Source: Candidatus Jordarchaeia archaeon
Lineage (GTDB): Archaea; Asgardarchaeota; Jordiarchaeia; Jordiarchaeales; Jordiarchaeaceae
Assembly: GCA_029856435.1 (NCBI GenBank)
Contig: JAHQXB010000063.1
Span: 27,053 to 91,052 of the forward strand
Direction of reading: 5' to 3'
Length of the DNA: 64,000 nt
Shown here: one piece after another, positions 30,773 through 40,576 of the stretch
Numbering within the stretch: position 1 is the first letter of the stretch
How the letters are laid out: each line of letters opens with the position of its first letter
Program-made: the position numbers and the translations under genes
Notes under the pieces: model-generated
The model's database searches: none
Told to the model about the DNA's origin: nothing
The model's input: only the letters and a program-made list of their open reading frames with translations

Positions 30773-31662
30773 TCTTTCAACGCCTCAGCGATAATAGGAG
30801 CTACAGACACTAAACTAACATCGCTGGGGACTGTGTCGGTTGCAATTATTTCAGTTACTCCTGCGTTAAGAATCCTCAACCGGGAGTCCCCCACTAGGAT
30901 GGCGTGAGTGCATGCGGCGTAAATTTTTGAGGCGCCTTGATTTTTAGCGATTTCAACTGCTTTAACCATAGTTCCGCCAGTACTGATAATGTCATCCACT
31001 ACAACCACATCGTGATTGATGACATCGATCTCTTTACTCTTGGTTTCGATTTCACCCGTGTACTTATCCCTAGACTTGCTGAGAACCACATATTCGGCGC
31101 CTAAAAATTCCGCGAGTTTTTTGGCCCTATTCGTAGCTCCTTCATCTGGGGAGATAATAACAGGCTTCATCAGTTCATACTTGTTTAAATATTCACCCAG
31201 AAGGGGAACAGCGCTCAAGTCCTTCACAGGAATTCTGAGATTCTCAAAAAGTCTTTTGTTATGAATATCAACTGTTATTATTTCGTCGGCACCCGCATTC
31301 TGGATTATGTTACAAACTATTTTTCCACTCACCGCTTCGCCGGGCAGAAATCTTTTGTCTTGTCGGGCGTAAGCAAAATAGGGAACAACCGCTGAAACCT
31401 TCGCTACGCCCAATTCTTTTAGAGTTTCAATTATGAAACAGAGCTCAACTATACCTTGATCAGGGTTTGGAGGTATCGTGGACTGAACCACAATAGCGTG
31501 ACGATTTTTTGGCGCCTCTTTAATTCTGATGTATTTCTCCCCATCTGGGAAGGTCTTGAACTCAACTGGAATAACTTCACATTTTAAACATCTAGAGATA
31601 CGCAGACCCAAGAGTTGTGAACTGGGACCAGGTACTACTACTTTTTCCGACAAATTCATCAA
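30769..31662 (-). CDS. prs: Ribose-phosphate pyrophosphokinase (paralog 1)
   Basis: FPDGEKYIR, PYFAYARQDK, VDDIISTGGT. Confidence 0.95.
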   Translation of the reverse strand: MMNLSEKVVVPGPSSQLLGLRISRCLKCEVIPVEFKTFPDGEKYIRIKEAPKNRHAIVVQSTIPPNPDQGIVELCFIIETLKELGVAKVSAVVPYFAYARQDKRFLPGEAVSGKIVCNIIQNAGADEIITVDIHNKRLFENLRIPVKDLSAVPLLGEYLNKYELMKPVIISPDEGATNRAKKLAEFLGAEYVVLSKSRDKYTGEIETKSKEIDVINHDVVVVDDIISTGGTMVKAVEIAKNQGASKIYAACTHAILVGDSRLRILNAGVTEIIATDTVPSDVSLVSVAPIIAEALKE

Positions 31663-31866
31663 CTCTTCTCTAAAACATTAATCTACCAAATTTTCTAAAA
31701 ATCTGCTCTTAACACGAGATAACTTACAGATATTTAAAGGCTGTTCATCTTTATTCCTGATATATTAAAAATATTTTAGGTCAAATAAGCTCGCAAAAAC
31801 ATCCACAGAACATTATTTTGGGTTGCAGCATCTGACTACAATGTTTTAAAAGTTGGAAGGGTACAT

Positions 31867-32919
31867 ATGTATCTAGAAAACTCTTTAATTTTGGTGAAGC
31901 TTTTGCTAAAGGAAACAATGATTTACGAGAAGCTTGAAAATGACATGGTAAAATGCGGGATCTGTCCTCATCGCTGTTTAATTAAACCCGGAAAGAGAGG
32001 AAAATGTAAAACAAGAGAAAACAGAGAGGGGGTTCTCTACTCCCTTGTTTATTCTTCAATATCTGCGATGGCTAATGATCCCATTGAGAAAAAACCTCTG
32101 TTCCACTTTTATCCGGGTAGCACTGCCTTTTCTATATCAACAGTGGGTTGTACTTTTCATTGTCTCCACTGCCAAAACTGGAGCATCTCTCAAGCAGAGC
32201 CCGAATCTGGCTTAACTAGGGAGTTCCCACCAGAAGAGATTGTTTCAGCAGCTAAGAGAAGTGGTAGCCGTTCCATTGCATATACCTATAATGAGCCCTT
32301 CGTTTTCTACGAATTCGTCTATGATACTGCAAAGATTGCAAAGGAAAACAACATAAAAAATATTCTGGTTACAAATGGATATGCTACACCTGAGGCCATA
32401 GAAAAAATAGCCCCTTTAATAGATGCAGCAAACATTGATGTGAAAGCAATGAGCGAAGAATTTTACAAAGAAGTATGTGGGGCGCGGCTTCAACCAGTCT
32501 TAGACGCCGTGCTCCTCATGAAGGAGAAGGGCATTCATGTAGAAATTACGTATCTGATAATCCCCCAGAAAAATGATAGTGCAGAGGAAATAAAGAGATT
32601 TGTAGAATGGGTTAAGGGTAATTTGGGACTGGATATACCCATCCATTTCTCAAGGTTTTATCCCCATTACAAAATGACAAATCTTAATCCCACCCCAGTT
32701 CAAACAGTCATTAAAGCCAGAGAAATCGGGCAAAAAGCAGGGCTGCACTACGTCTATTGCGGGAATATACCGGGGCAGGGAGAGAACACGTATTGCTACA
32801 ATTGTAACCAATTAATAGTGGGACGATGGGGATACTCAATAGAAGAGTACAAACTTGCCAAAGGCAACACGTGCCCAAACTGCGGAACGAAGATAAACAT
32901 GATTGGAGGAGGGGGATAG
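31867..32919 (+). CDS. amrS: AmmeMemoRadiSam-system radical SAM enzyme
   Basis: CGICPHRC, DPIEKKPLFHFYPG, GCTFHCLHCQNWSISQ, YTYNEP. Confidence 0.92.
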   Translation: MYLENSLILVKLLLKETMIYEKLENDMVKCGICPHRCLIKPGKRGKCKTRENREGVLYSLVYSSISAMANDPIEKKPLFHFYPGSTAFSISTVGCTFHCLHCQNWSISQAEPESGLTREFPPEEIVSAAKRSGSRSIAYTYNEPFVFYEFVYDTAKIAKENNIKNILVTNGYATPEAIEKIAPLIDAANIDVKAMSEEFYKEVCGARLQPVLDAVLLMKEKGIHVEITYLIIPQKNDSAEEIKRFVEWVKGNLGLDIPIHFSRFYPHYKMTNLNPTPVQTVIKAREIGQKAGLHYVYCGNIPGQGENTYCYNCNQLIVGRWGYSIEEYKLAKGNTCPNCGTKINMIGGGG

Positions 32920-32936
32920 CTCCCATCTAAAATGTT

Positions 32937-34086
32937 TTAGGATACTGGACGCCAGATAATTCCTAGTTCATCCGCTGTTTTGTATGCTTCCTCCATTTCG
33001 TGGCTAGTAACCCTTCTACATATGTCTGCATATTCCTTCCTTCTTGGCACCTCGTGTGTTGGGTGATACTGTTCCATTATGTTAACTAAAGCCTTGGGGC
33101 AATTTTTAGCCACCCATTCAAGAACCGGTTTGGTGCAACACTCAATGTGTCCCGGTAAAACTAGGTGCCTTATTATCATGCCAGATGTTCCTGGTTCCAC
33201 AGTTTCATCATAGGCCATTTTATGATTTCTTGAAACAATTTCCCAGTAATTAGAAACTTTACTCAACCTTTCTGCGCATTGATCATTCCCATATTTAAAG
33301 TCGGGGAGCCAGAAATCCATAACGTCTAATAAAAGCTTCATACATTCTTTGGAACAGTACATATTAGAATTCCATAGTTGTACAATGTTTGTTTTAGTTT
33401 CCCTTACGCCCTTTAAAATGTTGTAGGTGTTTGGAGTTGGTTCTCCACCCACATAATTTATGTTTCTTGCACCTTCCCTCTTTAGATCTCTTGAGATTCG
33501 TGCAAGGCTCTCACCCGAAGTTTCTATACCGTTTTTTGGATTTGTGGAAATGTCATAGTTCTGACAAAACACGCATTTAAAAGTGCAACTGGAGAAGAAG
33601 AATGCACCGTAAGAGCCTTAACTCTTAAGCGTTTGTGCCTGAAGGAACTAAAGGGGCCTCTTCTCCAGTATGTATGAATGCTGAGGATACATAAGACTCT
33701 CTGCCAAGTTTACAAAATCCTTTTTCACCCTCCAGTCTATTAGCCCCACACCGTCTTTCACAGAAATGACACTGCGATAGAATCCTTCTTGCTAGTTCCA
33801 CCTTAGCATCTAAATAAGAAATCTTCGGCGAATCAATGTTTCCCAGATCCAGTTCACCTGCATCAATCCGCCTCAAGACACTCCTAAAAACACCACTTAT
33901 TCTATCATGCTCATCCCAAAGCTTGCCCAGCTCCGCATCTAGCTCAACATCTACACCTACTTTTAAAGCTATCATAAACTTAGCATAAAGCCTATCATTG
34001 AATACCTCATAGTACCTCCAAAGCCTCTCACGAACTGTACCGTCATCCCAAACACGGTAAGCATCTGGGCGAATTAGCTTCCACAT
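32937..34086 (-). CDS. pflX: PflX-like radical SAM protein, spliced join(complement 33633..34086, 32937..33601), 372 aa
   Basis: CHFCERRC...HTGEEAPLVPSGT in exon 1; spliced SGTIFFSSCTFKCVFCQNYDIS; DFWLPDFKYG, IRHLVLPGH. Confidence 0.9.
33602..33632 (-). other. BHB-type intron in PflX-like mRNA (31 nt, frameshifting, contains TAA)
   Basis: Central helix GCAC/GUGC; bulges AA|A and AU|U; inner CG/CG plus UAAGAG/CUCUUA; outer AG/CU; spliced ACA A|TC TTC TTC. Confidence 0.9.
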
Positions 34087-34417
34087 TTTTTAAACCCTCC
34101 AACTCTTTAAGTTCTTAATAAAACAGACACAACAAGTAAATATAATTTTTACACAAAATCCCAAAAATATTTGTGATTGTAATGAGGGAAATGCAGACTT
34201 ATTTGGCTCCTTTTCCCCTCAAACAGGCTCTATAGTTTACTAGAAGCCAATTTTTGAAGCGCGGATGAACTGTTCTACATCACTATTAGAATGTGGGAAA
34301 ATACTTAAATGTATATTAAAGCCTCAGAAATGAGGATTATAATTTAAAAAGTTATGGATGAGAAATGTTCATGCTGTTCAATTCGAGAACCAAATATAGT
34401 CATTTCTAAAAAGAGTA

Positions 34418-35440
34418 TTGGAGGCTAATTTTTTGACCTGTCACGTCTTGGTGGGCGGTTTCTTCGGAGATGAAGGAAAAGGGAAAATTATTTCCTACCT
34501 AGCTATAAAGGATAATGCGTCAATATGTGTAAGGGCAGGTGTTGGCACAAACGCGGGACACACAGTTGAATACAAAGGTAAAACCTACAAGTTGAGGCAG
34601 ATATCAAGCGGATTTGTCCAAGAAAAGGCCAAAATACTAATCGGGCCCGGCGTACTGGTTAATCCTGACATTCTAAAAAAGGAGATAGAGGAAACAGGAG
34701 TGGGGAACAGAATAAAAATTGATGGACAGTGCGCAATAATCGAAGCAAAGCACATAGAAGAAGATAGAGGCTCCTCGTTTCTCAAAGAGAAGATTGGGAG
34801 TACTGGCAGCGGATGTGGACCTTGCAACGTGGAGAGGGTAATGAGACGGGCTAAACTGGCAAAGGACATTGCAAATCTTTCCCAGTATATCACAGATGTC
34901 CCATTGGAGGTTAACACAGCCATCGATGAGGGTAAGCATGTTTTAGTGGAGGGAACTCAAGGCACGTTCCTGTCACTATACCACGGTACTTACCCTTTTG
35001 TAACCAGTAAAGACACCACCGCATCTCAAGCTTGTGCAGATGTGGGCGTGGGGCCAACCAAGGTGGACGAAGTTTTCGTTGTTTTCAAGTCGTATACTAC
35101 TAGAGTTGGAGCAGGACCTCTCACTGAAGAATTGTCTGAGGAGGAAGCTAAAAAGAGGGGGTGGTTTGAAACTGCAACAGTGACTGGAAGGAAAAGAAGA
35201 GCAGCGCCCTTTAACTTTGAATTGGCAAAAAGAGCCGTCATGCTCAATGGCGCCACACAGGCTGCCTTGACGAAACTTGACGTAATCTATCCAGAATGCG
35301 CTGGAGCTAGGTCTATAGAAGACCTGTCCAGAGAGGCCCTCTCCTTCGTAAGAAAAATTGAGGAAACAATAAAAATTCCCGTAAGTCTTATAGGAACAGG
35401 GCCTAACACCATGGATATAATAGACCTCAGAGAAGCATAA
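34418..35440 (+). CDS. purA: Adenylosuccinate synthetase (short archaeal type)
   Basis: GDEGKGK, GTNAGHT, EGTQG, YPFVTSKD, TVTGRKRR. Confidence 0.96.
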   Translation: MEANFLTCHVLVGGFFGDEGKGKIISYLAIKDNASICVRAGVGTNAGHTVEYKGKTYKLRQISSGFVQEKAKILIGPGVLVNPDILKKEIEETGVGNRIKIDGQCAIIEAKHIEEDRGSSFLKEKIGSTGSGCGPCNVERVMRRAKLAKDIANLSQYITDVPLEVNTAIDEGKHVLVEGTQGTFLSLYHGTYPFVTSKDTTASQACADVGVGPTKVDEVFVVFKSYTTRVGAGPLTEELSEEEAKKRGWFETATVTGRKRRAAPFNFELAKRAVMLNGATQAALTKLDVIYPECAGARSIEDLSREALSFVRKIEETIKIPVSLIGTGPNTMDIIDLREA

Positions 35441-35470
35441 TTCTTGATAAAAACATAAAGTATTGTGAAA

Positions 35471-36250
35471 TTAGAGCTTTTCTTTAGAAGTGGTGAGCTG
35501 GGGGACTTCTTTTGACATGAAGTTTCTTAAGGCTCTTATTAGTGCATCGACCCCCTCTATCATGGATATTGCGACAGGGATGCGTTCCACTTCTGCTATT
35601 TTTACAGCAAGGGGGTCCAGTTTCTTTGGTCCATGAATTATAAGTAGGGACGGTTTCAATGAGCGGGTGGTTCCTATCTGGCTAGTTTTAATAGCCACCA
35701 TAGAAGCTCTTCCACTAATCACATTTGTGAATATGGCAGCACGCTGGGGCGTAGCTCCATAGAGTTTGAGAAGCTGTTCGGAGGAAAGATTAACTATAGC
35801 GTTGATGACGTCAATAGCAGTATATCCATATATCGGCTGGCTTAGCAGATCCTTGTTTACAAGTACTTCGCATTCTAGGTATTCACATAAAACCTCAGAT
35901 TTGATAGCATATGGAAACTCTCTAATATCTAGAATGATGTCTGAAGGAATTTCCTTGGTTATAATTCTAGTCAAACCATTAACTACTTGGCCGCCCTTCA
36001 GGTCGTCTAGGTAGACTAAAGCCTCAACAAATTTTTTAATGGTGTCTATTCGGGGAGAAACCCTTCTACCACTCTCATAGTCACTAATCACTGAGGGAGA
36101 GAGTCCAAGAATGTCCGCTAGGTCCTTTTGAGGAATCTGAAACCTTTCTCTCCACTTCCGCATCACTTTGCCTGGATCATCAGATAATGCTATTTCTCCG
36201 GCAATGCTCTGACATAAACTTTTTTTACTTTCATCGATGGAGCTACGCAT
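35471..36250 (-). CDS. XRE-type HTH transcriptional regulator (archaeal COG1709-like)
   Basis: IAGEIALSDDPGKVMRKWRERF...SVISDYESGRR. Confidence 0.88.
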   Translation of the reverse strand: MRSSIDESKKSLCQSIAGEIALSDDPGKVMRKWRERFQIPQKDLADILGLSPSVISDYESGRRVSPRIDTIKKFVEALVYLDDLKGGQVVNGLTRIITKEIPSDIILDIREFPYAIKSEVLCEYLECEVLVNKDLLSQPIYGYTAIDVINAIVNLSSEQLLKLYGATPQRAAIFTNVISGRASMVAIKTSQIGTTRSLKPSLLIIHGPKKLDPLAVKIAEVERIPVAISMIEGVDALIRALRNFMSKEVPQLTTSKEKL

Positions 36251-36522
36251 AGACTATGAACACTCCTTTGAAAAATAGTTTAATGATTTAAAGCATTTAA
36301 GGGATAGAATATAAGTCTTTCGACAAATGTTGAAAAAAGTTCTAATTTTGTCGAATATACCCTTTATGAAACGGCAATTTTATTTTGGGAAATTTATAGG
36401 TCGAACTTCTTTATAAATAAAATTTGTTTTAAATTATTTAAAATTTTTGTGTAGATTTTTCCAAAATTTTTAAATAGTATGAGGAATTTTTATCCGTTTT
36501 GTGTCATTCTTTTTTGTATCTA

Positions 36523-37065
36523 TTAGAGCTTTTTTAATATGTTATCTAGGCTATCTACATCTGATTTGAGCACGTTTTGAAGATGCTTCAGAGCGAAATT
36601 GTGATCTTCATCTGTTAGTGCCGCTACACAGTCCCTTGGAACTATTACTTTATATCCGAGCAGGGTGGCGCTGCTACCCGTGTGTAGAATGCAGATATCG
36701 GTACACACTCCCGTTAACACAAGCGTGTCTATTTTCTTACTTTTTAGAATTTTTTCTAGGTTCGTTCTAAAGAAGCCGTCATATGTTTTTTTCTTAACTA
36801 CTATGTCATCCTTCTGGGGCTTCAGCTCATCTATAACCTCAGATCCCTTAGTTTTTTCTACAGCGTGTGGCGGCCATATTTTGAATTCTCGGTCATCAGG
36901 GTCATGGCTATCCGCTATGAATATTACGGGGATTTTTTTGTTCCTTGCGTGTTCTATGAGTCTCTTTATGGGAGCTATTATTTTTCTTCCAGCAGAACAT
37001 TCTAGGGGTGCTCCTTCCAGAATAAAATCATTTAGCATATCTATAACCAAGATTGCAGGTTTCAT
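36523..37065 (-). CDS. Isochorismatase-family cysteine hydrolase (nicotinamidase-like)
   Basis: LVIDMLNDF, WPPHA, KKTYDGF, GVCTDICILHT. Confidence 0.9.
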   Translation of the reverse strand: MKPAILVIDMLNDFILEGAPLECSAGRKIIAPIKRLIEHARNKKIPVIFIADSHDPDDREFKIWPPHAVEKTKGSEVIDELKPQKDDIVVKKKTYDGFFRTNLEKILKSKKIDTLVLTGVCTDICILHTGSSATLLGYKVIVPRDCVAALTDEDHNFALKHLQNVLKSDVDSLDNILKKL

Positions 37066-37068
37066 TTC

Positions 37069-38745
37069 TCAGCATCCTCCAAATTTTTTAATTTTTTCTA
37101 CGAATGACTCGAGACTGCATTCAAAAGCGCCCACAGGATACTCTAAATCGAAATTATTTAACACTTCTGGGTGAATTTCACCGACATGCCCTATAATTTT
37201 TCGATCGGTCTCAATTGAAGCCACCCGTCCTTCCATAAAACTTGGGTGGGAGATTGGGCGGAATTTCCACTGTTTACATCCTAACTCCCTTAGGAGAGCC
37301 TCTACGATAGCCTTTATGTCAGTGAACCCTACCTTAGTGTCGGTAATGGCTGCTGCGACGTTTAGTTGGCGTCGGGCACTAGTTTCAGCTTCAGGATCAT
37401 AAAATACGATATCTCCCACTTCAAATATTTTTTGAGGAAGAGCTTCGTGCTTATTAATTTTTAGAATCTTAATTAGCCCTGGAAGTAGGGCATCTCTAAC
37501 CATGTTGAATTCGACACTCACAGGATTAAGTAGCTCCACTGGTTTACCTTTCGTTCGCATGTAATCATAGTGTTCTTTGAAGTTTGTCAATGTGAAGCTG
37601 ATAACTTCATTAAGCCCCAGCCCTACTAACACACTTTTTACAATGTTTGATAATTTCTGGTAGGGGTGGGCTTCAGCAATAGTCAAGGTTTTGGGAAAAG
37701 TTGGCTTCAGGTTGTAAAGACCATAACCTATGGCTACCTCTTCTACAAAGTCTACTTCGTGCATAATATCGTGGCGATATGCTGGAACCCGCACATTTAT
37801 CTTGTCACCATTATATTCTGCTTCCATGCGAACTTTTTCTAGGGATTTAATGATTTCCTGTACGGGGAGCTCTAGTCCCAGTAAGCGGTTTACATAATCC
37901 GGGTGTATCGACCAAGTTTTGGGTGTAAGGTCAGGGGTTGTGATAACTTTGTCGGAGTATTCCACTTTCACACTCTCTATTTTAGCGCCCCCCTCAGCTA
38001 GAGAGGTTACGAGAATGTTTAGTGTACTAGTAACATCCTTCATTGTGGTCCCGGTTACATCTATGAAAAGATTTCTAGTTTCCTCCGTGAGCTGGGTCAA
38101 AATGCCATTAATTATGGGGGGGAAGGATAAAACGTTGTTGTTAACATCAGTGATGAGGGGATATTTAGGTTTTCCTTCCATTATGTGGGCGTAATCCCTA
38201 CCCTTTGGATGTTTCATCAAAATTTCTTTGGGAGTAAGCTCCACTGCCCAGTTAAGAGGAATAAATTTTATTCCCTCAGGATCTACAGCTCGATACTCGA
38301 AGGGGGGTTTAACCTTGTCAAAATCATGAATCCCTATAGACGATTTTACCCTGTCTCTACCTATAGCCCAATGTAGGTCTTCTTGCATCCCTATAAGTTC
38401 AACTATGTTTTCATCGTTAAGTGAAACATTTCTAACTACTGCACAGACAATGTATGGTCTAATCTCTGCCAGTGCGGGATCTACTCTCACTACCACGCCG
38501 CTTTCGGCAACCTTGTATTTTGGAAGCCCAGTCTCTATTTCCATAAATCCTCGGAGAGCCCGAGCAATTCCTTCCTGGCTTGAAAAGTCTGGACGATTAG
38601 GATTATATTCGACTTTAAGGTAATTTTCTGCCTTCTCTTCTATGTCCACTCCCAGCCAGGGAACCATTTTTTCAAGTTCGTCGGAATCGATTTTTCTTCC
38701 CAACAATTCACTCATCCTATTGCAAGTCAGGGTTATTACTGGAAT
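37069..38745 (-). CDS. pheT: Phenylalanyl-tRNA synthetase beta subunit (probable ATT start at 38745)
   Basis: NRPDFSS, RPYIVCA, LELP...VPAYRHDI; the in-frame upstream extension ATT-CCA-GTA-ATA-ACC-CTG reads (M)PVITL after GGAGG. Confidence 0.93.
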   Translation of the reverse strand: MPVITLTCNRMSELLGRKIDSDELEKMVPWLGVDIEEKAENYLKVEYNPNRPDFSSQEGIARALRGFMEIETGLPKYKVAESGVVVRVDPALAEIRPYIVCAVVRNVSLNDENIVELIGMQEDLHWAIGRDRVKSSIGIHDFDKVKPPFEYRAVDPEGIKFIPLNWAVELTPKEILMKHPKGRDYAHIMEGKPKYPLITDVNNNVLSFPPIINGILTQLTEETRNLFIDVTGTTMKDVTSTLNILVTSLAEGGAKIESVKVEYSDKVITTPDLTPKTWSIHPDYVNRLLGLELPVQEIIKSLEKVRMEAEYNGDKINVRVPAYRHDIMHEVDFVEEVAIGYGLYNLKPTFPKTLTIAEAHPYQKLSNIVKSVLVGLGLNEVISFTLTNFKEHYDYMRTKGKPVELLNPVSVEFNMVRDALLPGLIKILKINKHEALPQKIFEVGDIVFYDPEAETSARRQLNVAAAITDTKVGFTDIKAIVEALLRELGCKQWKFRPISHPSFMEGRVASIETDRKIIGHVGEIHPEVLNNFDLEYPVGAFECSLESFVEKIKKFGGC

Positions 38746-38766
38746 TTTAATTCCCTCCGATAATTT

Positions 38767-40290
38767 CTATAATAGTATGGGAGTTCTTCTAATCCACCCT
38801 AAATCGTTTTTATAGAGGTCTCTTATGTCCTCTAAACCTAGGCGAAGCATAGCAAGCCTTTCAAAACCCCCGCCCCAAGCTAGAACAGGAACTTTTACGC
38901 CGAGGGGAATCGTTACTTCGGGGCGAAAGATGCCCATACCGCAGAGTTCTATCCAACCAAACTCTTCCACGTAAACAGTGGATTGTAGCGAAGGCTCCGT
39001 GTATGGGAAATAGCTAGGCCAGAACTGCACCTTCTCGAAACCTAAACGTTTATAAAACTCAGTTAAGGTTCCCATCAGGTCTCTAAGTGTCACATTCTCG
39101 TCTACAATAATACCCTCTATTTGAAAGAATTCTGCTAAATGTTTGTAGTCCAGTTTTTCATTCCTATAGACTCTGTCAACGGAAAAAACCTTTACGGGGG
39201 GTTCGGGGTGCTCCGCCAGGTAGCGAATCGTTGTTGCGGTAGTATGTGTTCTCAGAATAGTTTGGCGAGCAATACGGGCATCCCATTTGTAGCCCCATCC
39301 AGTTGAACCAGTTTTCCATCCGTCTTCGTGTGTTTTTGACACCCTTTGAACAGTCTGTTTATCCGGAAGCTTGGCGGTTTTGGGAAACTTTAGATAAAAG
39401 GTATCATGCATTTCTCGTGCCGGATGGTCCTGAGGTTGGAACAAGGCGTCAAAATTCCAAAAAGCAGACTCCACAAACGGTCCTCTTATTTCGGTGAATC
39501 CTAAATTCAAAAAGATTTCCCTAATTTCGTTAATCAATTCCGCTACGGGGTGAATTTTCCCCGGATGAATCGTGACTACTGGAGCTTCAACATCATACTT
39601 CCTAAATTTGGTACTGCGCCATTTCCCTGACTTTATGAGATCTGAAGTAAGGATGCTGACTTCCTCTACAACACTAACTCCTGATTGAACGAGTCTTCTT
39701 CCCTCCTCAGTTATAATTAGAGAACGAACCTTTTCCTGGCGTACGTTAATTACATTTCTTTTTTGTAAAAGGTCAAGCATTTCTTTCATTTCGTTTGGTA
39801 GCTGGGATTCCTCTACTACACCTCTGTCCTTTAATAAGTTTAATAAGTTCTCGTCATCCCCTAGAGGGGGCTGCTCCTTAACACAGATAAGAGTTTCGTT
39901 ATCTTGTTTCCTAAATTCAGCCCAATTTTTTCTTCGAAGCCACCCGAGAGCTATTTTTAGTTCCTCCTCGGAGAAACTAGCTTCTTTAGAAAGTTGGGAT
40001 AAAGTGGCGCTGCCCCCCAACTTTAATATAATATTCAAGAGCCGCCTCTCCGGAAGTCCTTCTTCCACGTATCTAGAGCCCTCTTTGAGTATTTCCACGT
40101 AAAGTTTTTGTGTTTCTCTCAGCTCAACCAAACCCTTTTCGCCCAGCCATGCTGAGGCTCTAACCACCGCAACATGGTCTAACCCCGTTTCTTTCCCTAA
40201 ATCGCTGATTGTGGTTTCCGCTTTGCTATTGCTTAATGCTTTTAGAATTTTAAGCTCTATTTCCCGTAAATTTACTTGTTCTTTCTCCAT
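38767..40290 (-). CDS. pheS: Phenylalanyl-tRNA synthetase alpha subunit
   Basis: FWNFDALFQPQDHPAREMHDTF, LRTHTT, YFPYTEPS, AWGGGFERLAM. Confidence 0.97.
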   Translation of the reverse strand: MEKEQVNLREIELKILKALSNSKAETTISDLGKETGLDHVAVVRASAWLGEKGLVELRETQKLYVEILKEGSRYVEEGLPERRLLNIILKLGGSATLSQLSKEASFSEEELKIALGWLRRKNWAEFRKQDNETLICVKEQPPLGDDENLLNLLKDRGVVEESQLPNEMKEMLDLLQKRNVINVRQEKVRSLIITEEGRRLVQSGVSVVEEVSILTSDLIKSGKWRSTKFRKYDVEAPVVTIHPGKIHPVAELINEIREIFLNLGFTEIRGPFVESAFWNFDALFQPQDHPAREMHDTFYLKFPKTAKLPDKQTVQRVSKTHEDGWKTGSTGWGYKWDARIARQTILRTHTTATTIRYLAEHPEPPVKVFSVDRVYRNEKLDYKHLAEFFQIEGIIVDENVTLRDLMGTLTEFYKRLGFEKVQFWPSYFPYTEPSLQSTVYVEEFGWIELCGMGIFRPEVTIPLGVKVPVLAWGGGFERLAMLRLGLEDIRDLYKNDLGWIRRTPILL

Positions 40291-40576
40291 GTCTTTTTCC
40301 TCCAGAGCCTAAACAATAGAGGCTGGCAACTAATTACTGGCTCAGCGTTAACCAAACGTTTAAAACTCTTAAAAAAATTTGGGTTACCCTTACTTAAGAG
40401 CCCTCATAATTATTTTTAGTAAAATTATAAAAAAGTTACGAAGTGCATTTTTGACATTTCCCGCAACTTAGTCGGGAGCCTTCTTGTCAACGGTTCTGCA
40501 AGAGGCATAATCGAAAAGGGTAATATTAATAAGATTTGTTTCGCAATGATATTCGGGTGTTTGTTAGAATAGAAAT

